Positions 45,201 to 62,719 of a DNA stretch of 64,000 nucleotides are shown in pieces. The stretch covers positions 1 to 64,000 of the forward strand of contig JAAPAO010000133.1 of NCBI GenBank assembly GCA_013115145.1. Reading direction: 5' to 3'. The position numbers and the translations under genes are program-made. This DNA comes from Perkinsus chesapeaki ATCC PRA-425. Its lineage: Eukaryota; Protista; Perkinsozoa. Below the pieces are notes generated by a model that saw only the letters and a list, made by a program, of their open reading frames with translations, had not been told where the DNA came from and did no database searches. Position 1 is the stretch's first letter. The number at the start of each line of letters is the position of its first letter.

Positions 45201-45926
45201 CTCCTACCAATAGTCGATCCGCCTCACCGGAAGGCCGCCGCTTCGACGAGAGAGGTCGTGCAAAGGAGCAGGCCTCAGAGTCGTTGAGAGGTCTCTTGGG
45301 ATTGAACTCAGCTTCACGCTCGCCCAGTAACAGCAGCAGCCCTGAGAGGATCACACCGAGCGCTCATGCCAAACCATCTGGAGGGGAACGAGTAGGAGTG
45401 ATAGACAATTCTCTCAGTCTACTATTGTTCCTTATTTTAGTCCACCGAGACCGACCAACAGCGCAAGCAAGGCGGACGTGGTGGCAGGCGCAGCAACCCT
45501 GATGGATCGGATCGTCCGAGAACAGTCTATCCGAGGAGGCCTGGTGATGAGAAGGACAAGCCCAAGACAGTTGTATGGCCAAAAGCGCACTATGAAGAAT
45601 TATGGATACCTTATTATCAGGTTGCCGGAAAGGACGTTGCTGATCCTTCATCGCTACATAAAGGATGGCTCTGGTCACCGAGCGATGAGGCAGCTATGCG
45701 CAGGAAGGAGCTTGGTAGAGAGGTTGCGCCGTCCCCAGCTCCTAAGAAAATGTCATTAAAGGAGATTATGGCTTGCGAGAATGACGCTAATAATATCAAG
45801 GCCTTGATGACCGGTCATAACGCCACTCAACCGCATAAAATGAAAATACCAGCGGCAAAGAAGAAGAGCCAAAAGCAGCTTAAAAAGGAGGCTGCTGAAG
45901 CGTCTAAGAATTCTGGAAGCTCATAA
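42246..45926 (+). CDS. GYF-domain protein (GIGYF/Smy2-like) with G/K-, Q- and P/S-rich low-complexity regions
   Basis: FWTYLDPHGRKQGPFSNAQMK|..WHSANYFAADLPL is a GYF-domain signature. About 12 or more exons; ends approximate. Confidence 0.8.
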
Positions 45927-46539
45927 AGGAAGTCTGTCCATCACTTCTGTCCATATTTATATGAAATAAAGCATATATTAGAAGGACCTTTGATACCGCA
46001 GATAATGCTGTGGCTGCTGCTATCGGAAGGAGTGGTATAGCATTTTTGCCCCTATCACTATATCAGTTTTAGCAGCACCACCATCGTCATCACCATCATC
46101 TGTGCTGTTGATCTCATTTGCCATATAATTGTACATCTTCATTATAGTCTACTCCATCATCATCACTAGATCATATTACGTTGTTGCCGATGACGATGAT
46201 GATGACGGAACCCCCTGGAATTTCTACTGCTACATCAAACATAGTTTTGTTGAGTTATATCAGTAAAGGCAAGAAGACACTGGTAAAGCTAATGAGCACA
46301 TTGTCATTGAACAGTGTACAAATATTTAACAACTTTGTGGCAGCAGTCCACTAGTTGCCGTAGGCCTTGCGCGATAGGGTTCTAGTGTTAGACAATCGCA
46401 AATGGCATGCGAGTCTAAGTTAATAATTATATAATGTTTTGTATTATAATATCATCTTTACCGTGGACGAATGCAGATTGTACTCAGTAACGCGACTAGC
46501 CTATTAAAGGAAACACATCAGCAGCAGCAACACGGGCTA

Positions 46540-48655
46540 TTAAGTCTTCTTATCAACCACTCTAAGCAACGATGCATTCTTCAAAGCCAAGAGGCATCCA
46601 GCCAGAAGTAGCATCTGAAATAGTCATCAAGCTCCAGCCAGGCAAAACAGGACTCACCGAGCACGTCGCAAAGACAGTAGCTTCGTCCATGTCACCGACA
46701 CTCGTGCAGATTTTAGCCACAACAATGTTAAGTGGTATCCGATAAAGGTTGAACATCGTAGCTCTGATAGACGCTGGAACGATGTCTAAATTGGAAGGGT
46801 ATAAAAATGGGCAAGGCCAGTGCCAAGGGTTACTCGAGCGAACTGAGTAGTGTGTCGGGAAATATACGCCACAACATCCTTCAAATAGAGAGAATGCAAT
46901 AAGTCTGAGTATAGGAGAGCTTGTGAGGCAAGGCACCTGAAGAGGGCTATAATAGGGACATACCAGAGGCATTGGACATACTGCCAAAGCAACAGCACCC
47001 ACTAGCAGCACGTATGGGAGGACTCCAGCGAGACCGATGGAACGCTTCTGAATGACAACACTTATGGCAAAGGTAATCGGAGGTTGGCTGCTGCTGCCTA
47101 CCGTAATGAACTCGAAGACTTGACTGCCGATCATCATAGCAATCATAAAATCGGTGAAGACCGTACCAGGGTCCATAGATTCGGGAAGGGCGGGTGTCCA
47201 CATGAATACAAAGACATACATTGCTGATTCAAAACAGGACTGAGAATACACTAGATGGAGTAATAGTAGGCATATTATTACTTGAACAAGGCCACAGAGG
47301 AGGACGCTTGGCTGGGCGAGGGCAACTCTGAAGGCCTCTTCGATAGCCGATACCATTCCACCTTCCCCGTTTGCCTCGGAGCTTGTCTTACCACCGCCGT
47401 AGTTCTCATTCCTGAGTTCCCTCACCAACGGTACAAATGCTATATCTTACCACAGTAAGGTTATCAGTAAACCACAGACAGCAAGCGAGAGGGCCGAGAG
47501 CTCGAAGGGTCCGATCGGCCCGTACTGCACCGCGGCGAAGTGGGACAAGATTCCAGCAAGGATAGCGACACTTCCATTACCTAACAGAAGGAGCTCCAAT
47601 ATTAATGACAAGTCGGTACGGACCAAGAGTTGACTTGGCAAAGGTGTCATTTAAAGAGGCCTCATTAAAGCCTCGAGCCGTGCGCTCATGGAGCATCCAA
47701 GCCTCAAAGGCTGAGAATAGGATTGACGTGGACACTCCACCGAGGAACCTGAAGAGCACCTGTTGGAGTCATTAACTTAGGCAAAATTATTGCCGCCGAT
47801 TTCGACATTTCTACCAAGATAAGTAATTGTCGAAAATAGTCAAAGAGAGTCCAAGCCGAATTGACAGCGTAAAGATGTGTACGTGAACCGTGGAAGGCTG
47901 GAGGATATTAGAGAGCATAGAAGATAAACTCACCGGCCGATGAGTAGAACGTAGTAGTCGTGGAAGTGATAAAGTAGACAGGCCAGGCCGTAGAGCACAC
48001 AGTACCTGTTGGGAGGAATGACGGGGAAAAGAACGGAAGGTGTACATGAGACAGGCCTTCTTTCGACCGAACGAGTCGGTAAGTCCACCAACGAACATAC
48101 CGAAGACGCCGGAGGTAAGGAAACCCACTATAAAGAGGGAACCTGGGGGCAGGAGGAGGAGGAGGAGGATGAATTGAATTATCATCGGAGCAATCCTCGT
48201 GGAAAAATAAGTGACATTGGAAGTGGAGACCAATGTATGGCTTTAGATACGTTAACAGTTTTAACGTCTACTCGGATCAAAATCCAACCTTGAAAGTTTC
48301 ATGTCATCATTGCCAGCGCTTCGCCACCTTCCTTTACTACCTATTTCCTCTATACTATATCCATAAGATCGATACAGTGCATACACAAAGGGTCCCTGTA
48401 GCCAATCAGCCAGAGCAGCTAATAGGTAAACGCTCAAATATGCCCATTGGAAGCGACGGAACTCTTGGCTGGAATTACTGCTGGTGCCCTGTAAGGTGTA
48501 GCACTGTCGAAGCAAAGAGGCATTGTGACGGCTACCTTGGACACTCGTGGAAGGAATAGGTTATAAAGAGGCTTGGCAGCGCATAAGGCTGCCAGGAGGA
48601 TACCTACACTCCCCTCTGTAGTGAAAGGCCATTCGAATACGATCATGACCTGCAA
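46540..48655 (-). CDS. MFS molybdate-anion transporter family (MFSD5/MOT2-like)
   Basis: FRRFQWAYLSVYLLAALADWLQGPFVYALY, GGLTDSFGRKKAC, GRFLGGVSTSILFSAFEAWM, WENYG-like segment, FESAMYVFVFMWTPAL, RATMFNLYRIPLN. Confidence 0.92.
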
Positions 48656-48853
48656 GTCTGTTATGCCAGAATAGGCTGAGGGGCGGTGAAGGCCAGTCTC
48701 CGATTATTCACATTGAATTTGTTGGAGCTTTCACACACAACGGATGCCCAAGGATCACAGCGGGGAGTGTAATGTTAGTATAAGACATGGCTACAGTGTC
48801 TCATCGATTTCATCAATCTTTGCCGGTTTTTATCCTACCCGGCATACCCCTGC

Positions 48854-50400
48854 TCACCGAAGGCTGGTGGCACTTGTCAGGAATCCAGGATCTGGAATTG
48901 GGCAGAGTTGAGCGATAGAATAGAGAGAATCTTTAATATTCTTCTGATCACATCTTGGCATTCTCGGAGTCCCCGAGAGAATTCCCTGGACCAGGGCTGG
49001 AACCCGCGCCGTTGTGCACGCGTGCATGCCAACTGCGCTGGCCGCCGCCCTTTGTGCGCTTTGACAAGCTTTGTCATACGTGGAGGCACAGGAATCCTTC
49101 GTTATATGCGTGCAGAATGTGTACTGAGAGCTTCGATTGAGTCGATTGAGCCAGAACGGTGTGACTAAGTAACGAAGTGGCATCTACTACTCAGAAGTGC
49201 TCGAAAGAAGTGCATAGGTGCAAAGGGAAATTACAAACGTGCGGGGCCTCCTTCGGCTCCCTACGAACGCAAGCAAGCTTATTGGTCAGGCGAGTGAAGA
49301 GTTCATGCTATCAGCGGCATGTCGGGCCCGTAACGCATAAGCTGAAAGCTACTGGCTGTGATACACTTATTCACGGAGAATGGCACTCGAGAACCTGGCT
49401 GGGATTCACCGTGGCAAATGAATACCCCAAGCGCATAGCCCTCGCATAGCTCTGTTATATGACTGGAAATACGGCGGATCATTATGATGCCGTTGGCCCA
49501 TTCGTATCATTGCGCTGAAGGGTACACGAGACGGTCAATACCGGCATTTCACATACGTACTGTAGGAGCAACGCTGATGGTTACCCAACGGGTGAAATCC
49601 ATACATCTTGTTAAGAACCTCTTACCGTAAAAGTCTTACCAGTAGAACCTGGAGATAGTTTAATAGGTAGACGAACCACAACAAGTACAGAATGACACAC
49701 CTGTGTCACATGGGCCATCATTGGCATAATGCGTTCGGGATGCTGCCCCCGATGGAAAACTCGAGCGCAGTGCTCAGCAAACAAGATGCCCGGAGACCTC
49801 AATTAGTATTGCTCAAGCCTCGGCTAAACTAAGATTCCAAGCTAGTCTTGTTGTTCACAGTCGGCCTTCATCGTCTGCACGTGCTCCTCCTGGCATGTTC
49901 TAATTACGCATTTCAGCTGCGTGAGGGGTCTGTCACCATCATAAGCATAAAACTCGGCTTGCCCTGAGCTAGGGTAGGAGTTTACAGCGGTAATTATAAT
50001 CCTAGAACAAGATGATATCTCTCATACTGTCGTGATATTTCGCATAGGATCCACGCATGCGCACCCATAACTTCACGGTGATATCCGTTCTCATACCGCC
50101 TACGGGACTCTTAACTTACTATAAAACATGCAAGACCCTTGCACACGGATTCGGTGTTGAATAGTACACCAACTTCATCTCGCATATACGGGATAATCAT
50201 TATCGGGCCGAGTGCAAAAAAATCCACTTGTGTCGCGGAAGGATGAGTGTCCCTTCGTTAACCAGGGGGCCTCGCCTCAAAGCGCGGCCTGTCACGCCCA
50301 GGTGGGGTATAGATAGGGACTGGGCGAGCGCTGCCAACACATGTCTCCCCAGGGGCGCATAAATGTAGGCATGGAGACTGAGGGGACACAGGCCGTCTCA
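48854..50400 (-). CDS. Hypothetical multi-exon protein
   Basis: Several GT/AG-bounded stop-free segments (HVLAALAQSLSIPHLG..., DEVGVLFNTESVCKGLACFI, GYHREVMGAHAWILCE). No family recognised. Confidence 0.35.
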
Positions 50401-50597
50401 TAAGGGCAACGCTGCCGCTTTGCTTATAAAGGATTGGCGTATATGTCACGAGGTGGCGTTCGATTTGCATCAGCTAGAAAGTCCAAACATCCCACATCCG
50501 GCAGCGCGTTTCGATCATGTTGTCTTCAACAATATCACAGGACAGTGGCTCGACAGATTCTCCGATCATTCATTCGACAGAACCCTCCCATCAGAAA

Positions 50598-52289
50598 ATG
50601 TGCTCCGCGTTCAAGCGGGCTGTCTTCCTGGGAACTAGTTCTGGTATGCCTCAACCAGACAAACGGAACCACAGTGGATTGGCCATACAGCTGTTCAGTG
50701 GAAGTTCAGTAGGACACTGTAGGCCTCTGGCGAATGGGACAGTAATGGGAGTCAGATATTAGTGGACTGCGGGGAGGGAACCGAAATACAGCTGATGAAG
50801 TCGAGCGTAAGGATGTCTCGTATAGATTATATATTTATAACACACCTTCACGGAGACCACTGTTACGGTGTATTTGGTCTGCTGCATTCGATATGTCAAG
50901 GAGGGCGTACGTTTGGCATTTCTGGACAATGCCAGCAGTGGTCGGCTTAGGTCCTTCTCCGCTGTATATCTACGGTCCCGTAGGGCTGAAAAGAATGATC
51001 GACACAGTGTTTGAGGTCTCTGGTGGATGGCACGGGTAACGATGCGCAACCGCTAGAGAACCTGGGCAGTTTTACAGCGATGGAGGTGTTGTCGTTTGCC
51101 CTCCAGACATGGTTCAGTCTGAGCCGTTTAATATTTCAGATTCCCGATAGTTGTTACGGAGTTCACGGAGAACGAACATTATGAGCTCTCCTTACCTTAC
51201 GTGCCCTACCTGCGGGAATGCCCTCAGGAAACGCTCGGGCCCATTACGGTCAATGTATGCCCGATGAAGCATCGTATACCAACATTTGGATACGTAAGCA
51301 CCGGGGCATCGAACTTATAAGCGAGCTTTGGAAAATTTCCCCATCAGGTTTTCACCGAGGCCGACCGTCCGGGTGCGCTGGATGCAGCCGCTGCGTCTAA
51401 ACGAGGTGCCCATGGTCCCATGTTGGGCTTTCTCAAGGCAGGCGAAGACGTCCGAACCCCTAGCGGTAGCGACAAGCAATAAAGCTTTGATAATCGAAGT
51501 GGTGTGGCAGGTGAGGTCATTTGTTCCAGCGACGTGGTAGCACCTACGATACCGGGGCGGAAAATCGCCGTGATGCAAGACACCTCCGACTGTAAGCCAG
51601 ACCAGTGGCTGGCAACTACTAACTTCATAACATTGGTCTCTCAGGCACCACTGCGTTGGGGCACCTCAATGGCTGTGATTTGCTTATACACGAGTGTACT
51701 TTCCATAAAGGGCTCACTGAGAAAGCTCTATCTGTAGACAGTGAGTCACGAAAAGCACTGCTAGAGGTCCTGCTTATCAGACCGGTCATTCAACCGCCGA
51801 AATGGCCGGGAAGGTTGCTCGAATGTGCCAGGCAAAAATCCTGTGTCTGACGCACTTCAGTCCGAGGTGACTTGGCGACATCGGAGCTTTGCACATGCGT
51901 CTCCCATTGGTACGTTAGATATCTTCACGATTCAGAGATCCCACCCAGTCGGGTCTCTAACGCGCTGTTGGACAGAGATGCTGATGCCTTCAGTGGTACC
52001 CCTGTTTGCAGACTTCATAGCATCTTTAGTGTCCGGCAGGTGATTCTGACGAGACATCGGCCTCGACGAGGTCAGTTAGAGGCTCCGCGTCTCGTGTTAC
52101 TGTTGAGATGCTGCAACGGGAAGCCTGTCACTCTGCCAATGTGAGCCAGCCAACCTCCTCAATGAGCCTCAACCATTTGTGATTTTTTTGCTGTAGCACG
52201 GGAGAGCCGACGGCACTGCTAGCATTCAAGTGCTGATTGCTGAGGACTTCCTCAGTCTTGAGGGCCCCAAGTTTGATCAGCTAAAGTAA
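50598..52289 (+). CDS. Short-form ribonuclease Z (ELAC1/RNase BN-like metallo-beta-lactamase)
   Basis: [10 protein letters not shown]...[70 protein letters not shown]. Confidence 0.92.
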
Positions 52290-53126
52290 GGCATTCTTGT
52301 GGACGCTCACTCTACGCCGCAGCGCAGTTACCGAGACGACTGTCGCAGCAACCCTTGCCCACGAAAACCGGCTAAGGTCCCAAAGCGGAAAGCTCAATTA
52401 AGAGACACGTTCTCTTCATAGCTGGCCCCATGCAGCTGCCGACGCCACGATGCCGTTTTATATACTTAAACCATGTCTCTGCTTTGTACGATCTGTTCCA
52501 TGTGTGTTCCTTTGATACTAAAGGTTTTGAGTTTTCCGGTATGTAAACTAATCAGTGGAGCGGCGGCGCCACTAAACGGCGTTAAGAGTTGCAGTCGAGA
52601 CCCTGCCGTTCGTTATCACAACCGTGATTAGTGCAGACAGTACAGATCTCTCGAGCCAGTGTATCCGATTATGCATGCGCGGATAGTGAATAACTCGAGG
52701 CGATCATCTGGCGATACTCCAACACAAGTCCCGATATCGCATATGATGATAATGTTGAAGCAGCAGCAACTAAATTTACATGCATTTACTTCCATGGAGT
52801 AAGTGCAGGCAATAATGTTCCTGTATAATATATTATTGATTGGCATAGGACAGTTAATGATCACATACATGTCCGCATTGTTGTTGTTATTATTATCGTC
52901 GTCACCGAGGCAGTACCAAGCGGTATCAGCCTCATTATTGTACTACATGAAGAGAAGGGGGAGGAGGAGGAGAAGGACACATAGAAATAATGATCAGACA
53001 TATGGGCTACATTGAGGGGGGCAGTAGCAAGCAGCAACAGTAGAGCTGACGATGCTACTACGGTGACGAAGAAGAAGAGAAAGAAGAAGGATAAGACAAC
53101 AATAACAACAACTGTTCACATACACC

Positions 53127-57914
<4,788 letters not shown>

Positions 57915-58033
57915 GATGGGGTTAAGCAGGCTTATCAGATTACAGGATCAGTGCAAGGAAGAGCAGGCATATCTCAGGTCGAAGCTAACACTAGACATTG
58001 CACTGCTTCGGCAAGCTTCATGGAAACTTGTCA

Positions 58034-60557
58034 TCACAGGTGTGGTAACACATGCGCCTCCATAAATTCATCCGCCTGCGCTCCGGCCCCCTCCTCCTGC
58101 CTTCGTCCGCAGGCTACTTCTCTTCAAGAAGTCTACCAAACTCTTCTGCATTTTCGGCACTTGAGCATTTCTGTCCGAAACTCTACCGACCATCTCGCAC
58201 AACATCGGCGCCCAAATCTCCGACGCGCATTTAATATTCCAATCAGCAACACTCACAAATGTCCCCGGCCCCATATTTTTTATTTTCCTCAGACCTCCTG
58301 TGATTGCAGCGATGAGCAACGGCAGGTGATCGCCGCCGTTCCGAGGCGGAAAACCAGCCAAGGAGGATTTGGAGAGCGATCCGAACTGGCACCCGCCGCT
58401 CTCTACATTGATATAAACGTCAATAGCTCCCCAAGTACTGGGGCTCTCCGGGAAGACAGAACAGTTGAGCTGACATGACAGCAGGCCTACTTCACGGAAT
58501 TCATCACCGACTTTAACAATACCGAACTCATCACCCATTCTCCCACCAATGGCTTCCTTCAATGCTTGTAAGCAACAACACTCCGTCCAACCGGAAAGGT
58601 TCATCATCGCAGTGCTGTTCACCAGGCGAGTGACATTAACGACCCGATCGGTGCCACAGTTCATCTCCGGCTCGCGGCGGACCCTTATCGCAACGGTGAC
58701 ACAATCGAGCTTGTAGCTTGCCACCGGGTGAGCCGCCGAGGCCTTGAGGGACGGTAAGCCTACTGAAGAAGATATTCCAAGAAGAGCCTGCCTGATGCCT
58801 GTCACCTGCGAGCTTCTGGCCGTTACATTGAAATGATATGGTTGCCTGTGGTGGTGTGAGGAATGATGATGTGAGAGATAGATATTCCCGTAAGGATTGC
58901 AGTAGTATATCATAGGTCAACTCGGGTGATGATGGTAACTTCACAGACACCTACACAGACACATTTGATAATACGAATAACTGATACTAAACTGTTAGTG
59001 GTACAAGATGATCATTATAATGTATAGACCAGCAGCAGCAACAACAGCATGATGATGATAATAAACACTGTAACAGCAACTGGAGTCTATTCAAAGAGGA
59101 GCTTGGCACATGACAAAGAAGAAGAAGAAGAAGTAGCAGTAGTAGTATTATAAGAATATTGTTGGCCGTTCGATCCGGTCATAGCTCATATTCACCCTCG
59201 AGCCCATCATCATCTAATCAAGTATCTTAACCCCTAAAAACATTCTCTCCCTCTTCCCATAGTTCTTCTTGCTCCGCCACACAGGACGGGTAAATTTAGG
59301 AAATAACATTGAGGATTTAACCCAGGGCCTCAAACACTAACTGCTGCTGCTGCTACTACATACAGGCTCGAATATGCACATAAAAAGTGTTTCGGGTGTT
59401 CGGATTCGGCAACTTGGATTCCATGACAAGAGACATTTCTACGGTATATGGCGAAGGCATTGAGTGCAAACTCGCTCTACTTAAGATATAAATCAATTGT
59501 CAAGAAGCGCGCGTTCTAGATGACGCGTACTGTAACTCCTACCTCCGTGGTGAACTCTACAGCTTGCTTCATGTCATCATCCACACACACCTCCCCCACT
59601 CTAATGGCATCCCCGCCGCCTTCGACCATCAGATCGAACTTGACGACCTTTGAATCTTTACTTACAATTTTGAAACTGGCAAAATGATAATGGATACTTT
59701 TATACAGCACCACCAACGACTTACTGTATCGGCCCGCAGCCCGCCTGGTGGAGGAATATGACAACGAACTTCAAGCCGAGGCCGAACTTGCCACTGAAAC
59801 CTCCGAGGAGCAATAACAAGCAAGTGAAGGAATTACACACACTTTCAGAACAGAAAGTTTCCATGGTAAAAAGGAGCAGCTTCGGGCCGAGCACGTTCAA
59901 GTGTCAAAAACTGAGCAGCAAAGACATTCCATGACGCCTGTGGACAATTGTGATGTTTATATATAAAGTAGATACGTGCAACATCTTTCTGACTGGTTAT
60001 TTCTTAATAAATATTTAAGCTTTTTTCTGGCTTTTCTTTATAAGCACGGCAAATTATGGAAATTATCTCCTTCCCCCCTGATACGCCCCTTGAGGGCCGA
60101 ACGACTTTAGTAGTGTGGAAGAGGATATAATACAGAGGTTATTAGAAATGGATATCGTGGTGAGGTTCAAGTAGGTAACTTACCAGAGCCGGTCGCCTTG
60201 GTCGACGAGAACATATTCTGAATACTTTCAACCTCTTCCGGGGTGATGCCAGGTCCTCCAAAGTCAGTGCAGACAAACCGAGTAATGTCACCCTCATTGA
60301 TCAGCTCCACGGTAACTCTAGAAGAGTCTACGCCAGGCCATCCTGCTATCGACAGCACTGAGGACAGCGGGGAAGAGCAAGGCCATCTCACCGTGGGAGC
60401 GGCATGCGTCCATGGCATTGTCGACAATTTCCTTTATTACTAGGAAGACACTCTTATTGCTTATTTTATCACCGCCACACAGAGCCATCCCATGCCGCAT
60501 GAACCAGGATGGTAGCGATGGTTCAGCACTTGTGGAACGAATATGAGGCACCACCAT
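58034..60557 (-). CDS. Topoisomerase VI subunit B-like (TOP6B/MTOPVIB-like) GHKL protein
   Basis: SWFMRHG...LVIKEIVDNAMDAC (N box), TDFGGPGI (G1), FSSTK, GKFGLGLK (G2), and a C-terminal transducer-like helix AAITGGLRKIK...F.S....IK...IWAPML. Confidence 0.75.
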
Positions 60558-61174
60558 TCGAACTGAGTAGATGATGGGAGTTGCACAATGTAGCTGGACA
60601 CAAACAAGCAATACAAAGTAGCTGCTGCCATTTTTAGATACAGTGGCATCATCTACAGGGTCCCGAAAAATGTGCTTAGAATAGCTTTTTCAGGACGGCG
60701 GTGACCATTCCGGCGATCGAAAGCTCCCGAGAGTATCTTTCTGATGTGAATAATCCTAGTGTGGTACTCGATAGGGTTGGCGAGAACTGCTAATTTCAAA
60801 GATCGAAGAAACGGTTTTAATGGAAGAGCTTCGACTTAGCTGATTCATCAGCAAAGTAAAAATGGCTTTACTGCACCGTCTGCGAGAAGGCCACTTTCGA
60901 GGGCTTCCGAACGCAGCAGGTGTCGCCAAAATATTCAGCCTCTTGCAAAAACTATTGAAAAAGCATATTTCCCGGGACAGTCTGTAGACGGGAAATTGAT
61001 GGCTGAGTGGAGAGGCGCGTGATGCACAGAAAGATGTTGCGTAGAGGACACTCCTAAACAGTACACTAGAAGGAAGCTTTATTTTAAATACGACAAACGA
61101 GATTCTGAAGCATTAACCATCACTGAACCAAAGACATGAGCAAGTACATCAACATCGAATAAATAGGGGTAGAA

Positions 61175-62197
61175 TCATGGCATGTAATCCTTCCTCAGTT
61201 CAATTCTATCATCACCAAAGTACAGCACAGGTTTGTTATTCTCCCCACAGAGCCTCATCTCCCTAGGGTTCAACTTTTGTCCGCATTCCTCCGCTGCCTT
61301 CTCAAATGAGCTCTCGGTTATACTGTTAATCTCCATCAACACCATACAGCCCCCCGCATCTCGCTTGAGTGCCAGTGGACCGATTTCGATGCCTCCATCA
61401 ACCGCAAAGGTAATCTTAAAAGTGAATCGCCCACCACTACCAGGAGCGCCCTCTCTATTAACGTCGAGGAATACGGGTACCCTGCGGACACCCCAGGAGC
61501 CGGACTCGGCCATTATGTACTTTGCCACTTCCAGGCCATCTGGAAGAGGTAACACCATTATAGGTGGGGGAGGGGGAGCTGGACCGGTGGCCCGTAACCT
61601 CATAGCAGGCCATGGCTGTTGAGGAGAGACGCCTGTAGAACGGATATCATAAACTCGACACGCTATAGCATTTCCATCAACCACCAGCCAAGCTGGAATA
61701 CCATTATTATTAGGTAGACTCAAGCCAAGCTTTAGATATCTCCTTTGGACATGTTCTGCACCGGATACAAGGGCGAAATGACGGTATGCCGGCGACCCTC
61801 GTCCACCACTACCATCTTGCTCCGAGGGAGGGTTTTCATCACGTTGAACCAATTTCCACTGGTATGGAGGAGGCTGGGTAGATATTTGTATTGATTCAAT
61901 ATTCTGACCATATGATAGTATCCTCAACCACACTTCCGCTTCATGACATTGGTATAACCTTTCCACCATAGAGGTTGACGGCGGCCTTCCCCCCGCATGA
62001 CCCTGCCGTGGACGTCGGGGCTCGGGTGCAGCACTCAATATATAATTTATCGTGTTGAAAGCGCATAGAAAGCGATAGAGAAGAGCACAACGCATATGAA
62101 AGGGATTAGAATGAGACGGCGGCCGCAACGGAAATGCTCTTCTTTGCTCGGAGACGGCTAATACATACAACATGGCGAGCGAAAGATACAAGGCCAT
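61175..62197 (-). CDS. Hypothetical secreted/surface protein
   Basis: Long ORF with signal-peptide-like MALYLSLAMLYVLAVS and two beta-rich segments joined by GPAPPPPP. Confidence 0.6.
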   Translation of the reverse strand: MALYLSLAMLYVLAVSEQRRAFPLRPPSHSNPFHMRCALLYRFLCAFNTINYILSAAPEPRRPRQGHAGGRPPSTSMVERLYQCHEAEVWLRILSYGQNIESIQISTQPPPYQWKLVQRDENPPSEQDGSGGRGSPAYRHFALVSGAEHVQRRYLKLGLSLPNNNGIPAWLVVDGNAIACRVYDIRSTGVSPQQPWPAMRLRATGPAPPPPPIMVLPLPDGLEVAKYIMAESGSWGVRRVPVFLDVNREGAPGSGGRFTFKITFAVDGGIEIGPLALKRDAGGCMVLMEINSITESSFEKAAEECGQKLNPREMRLCGENNKPVLYFGDDRIELRKDYMP

Positions 62198-62719
62198 CGC
62201 CGCCGAGTAGGAGGGTGCATGTACAGAAGTAGTAAGCGCTATGAGCAAACGATGGTCCTTCTTCTTGTTGCAGTCAGCTCACATCTTAGGTTACAGTGAC
62301 CTTGACCAACTTACGAGATTGGTAGTATATTACTAGGTGAAGGGTTAGAACGCTGCTGCAGCTGCTGCTCCTCCCCCGTGGCCAATAAACGACATACCAC
62401 AGTGTTCGGTAATAATGAATCATGTTTAGACTCTTGCGCTAATATCATCGTACAAATCTCCTGGATTAGCTTCAAGATAGGCTTAGTCCCTTTTATATAG
62501 GTAATGCCACAAACCGTTTCAGATCATAGTTCTGCTGCTGTCTTATGCAGCTTCCTGACCTCCCTAATACCCTCTACTTCATCCTTGATAACAATTCCCG
62601 CTCCCTCCCCACGACACCCCCTTTAGCACATGATTATCCCAATTAACTCACTAACTCAAAGATTCACATATCACAATCACAACCCGACAGTGCTCATGAC
62701 TCGCATGGCAGTGGTGCTG

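Noticed and set aside
52628-52960. Possible small minus-strand exons between RNase Z and PLK
   Set aside because: Could not be joined into a consistent frame with a start; may be PLK 3' UTR or alternative tail.
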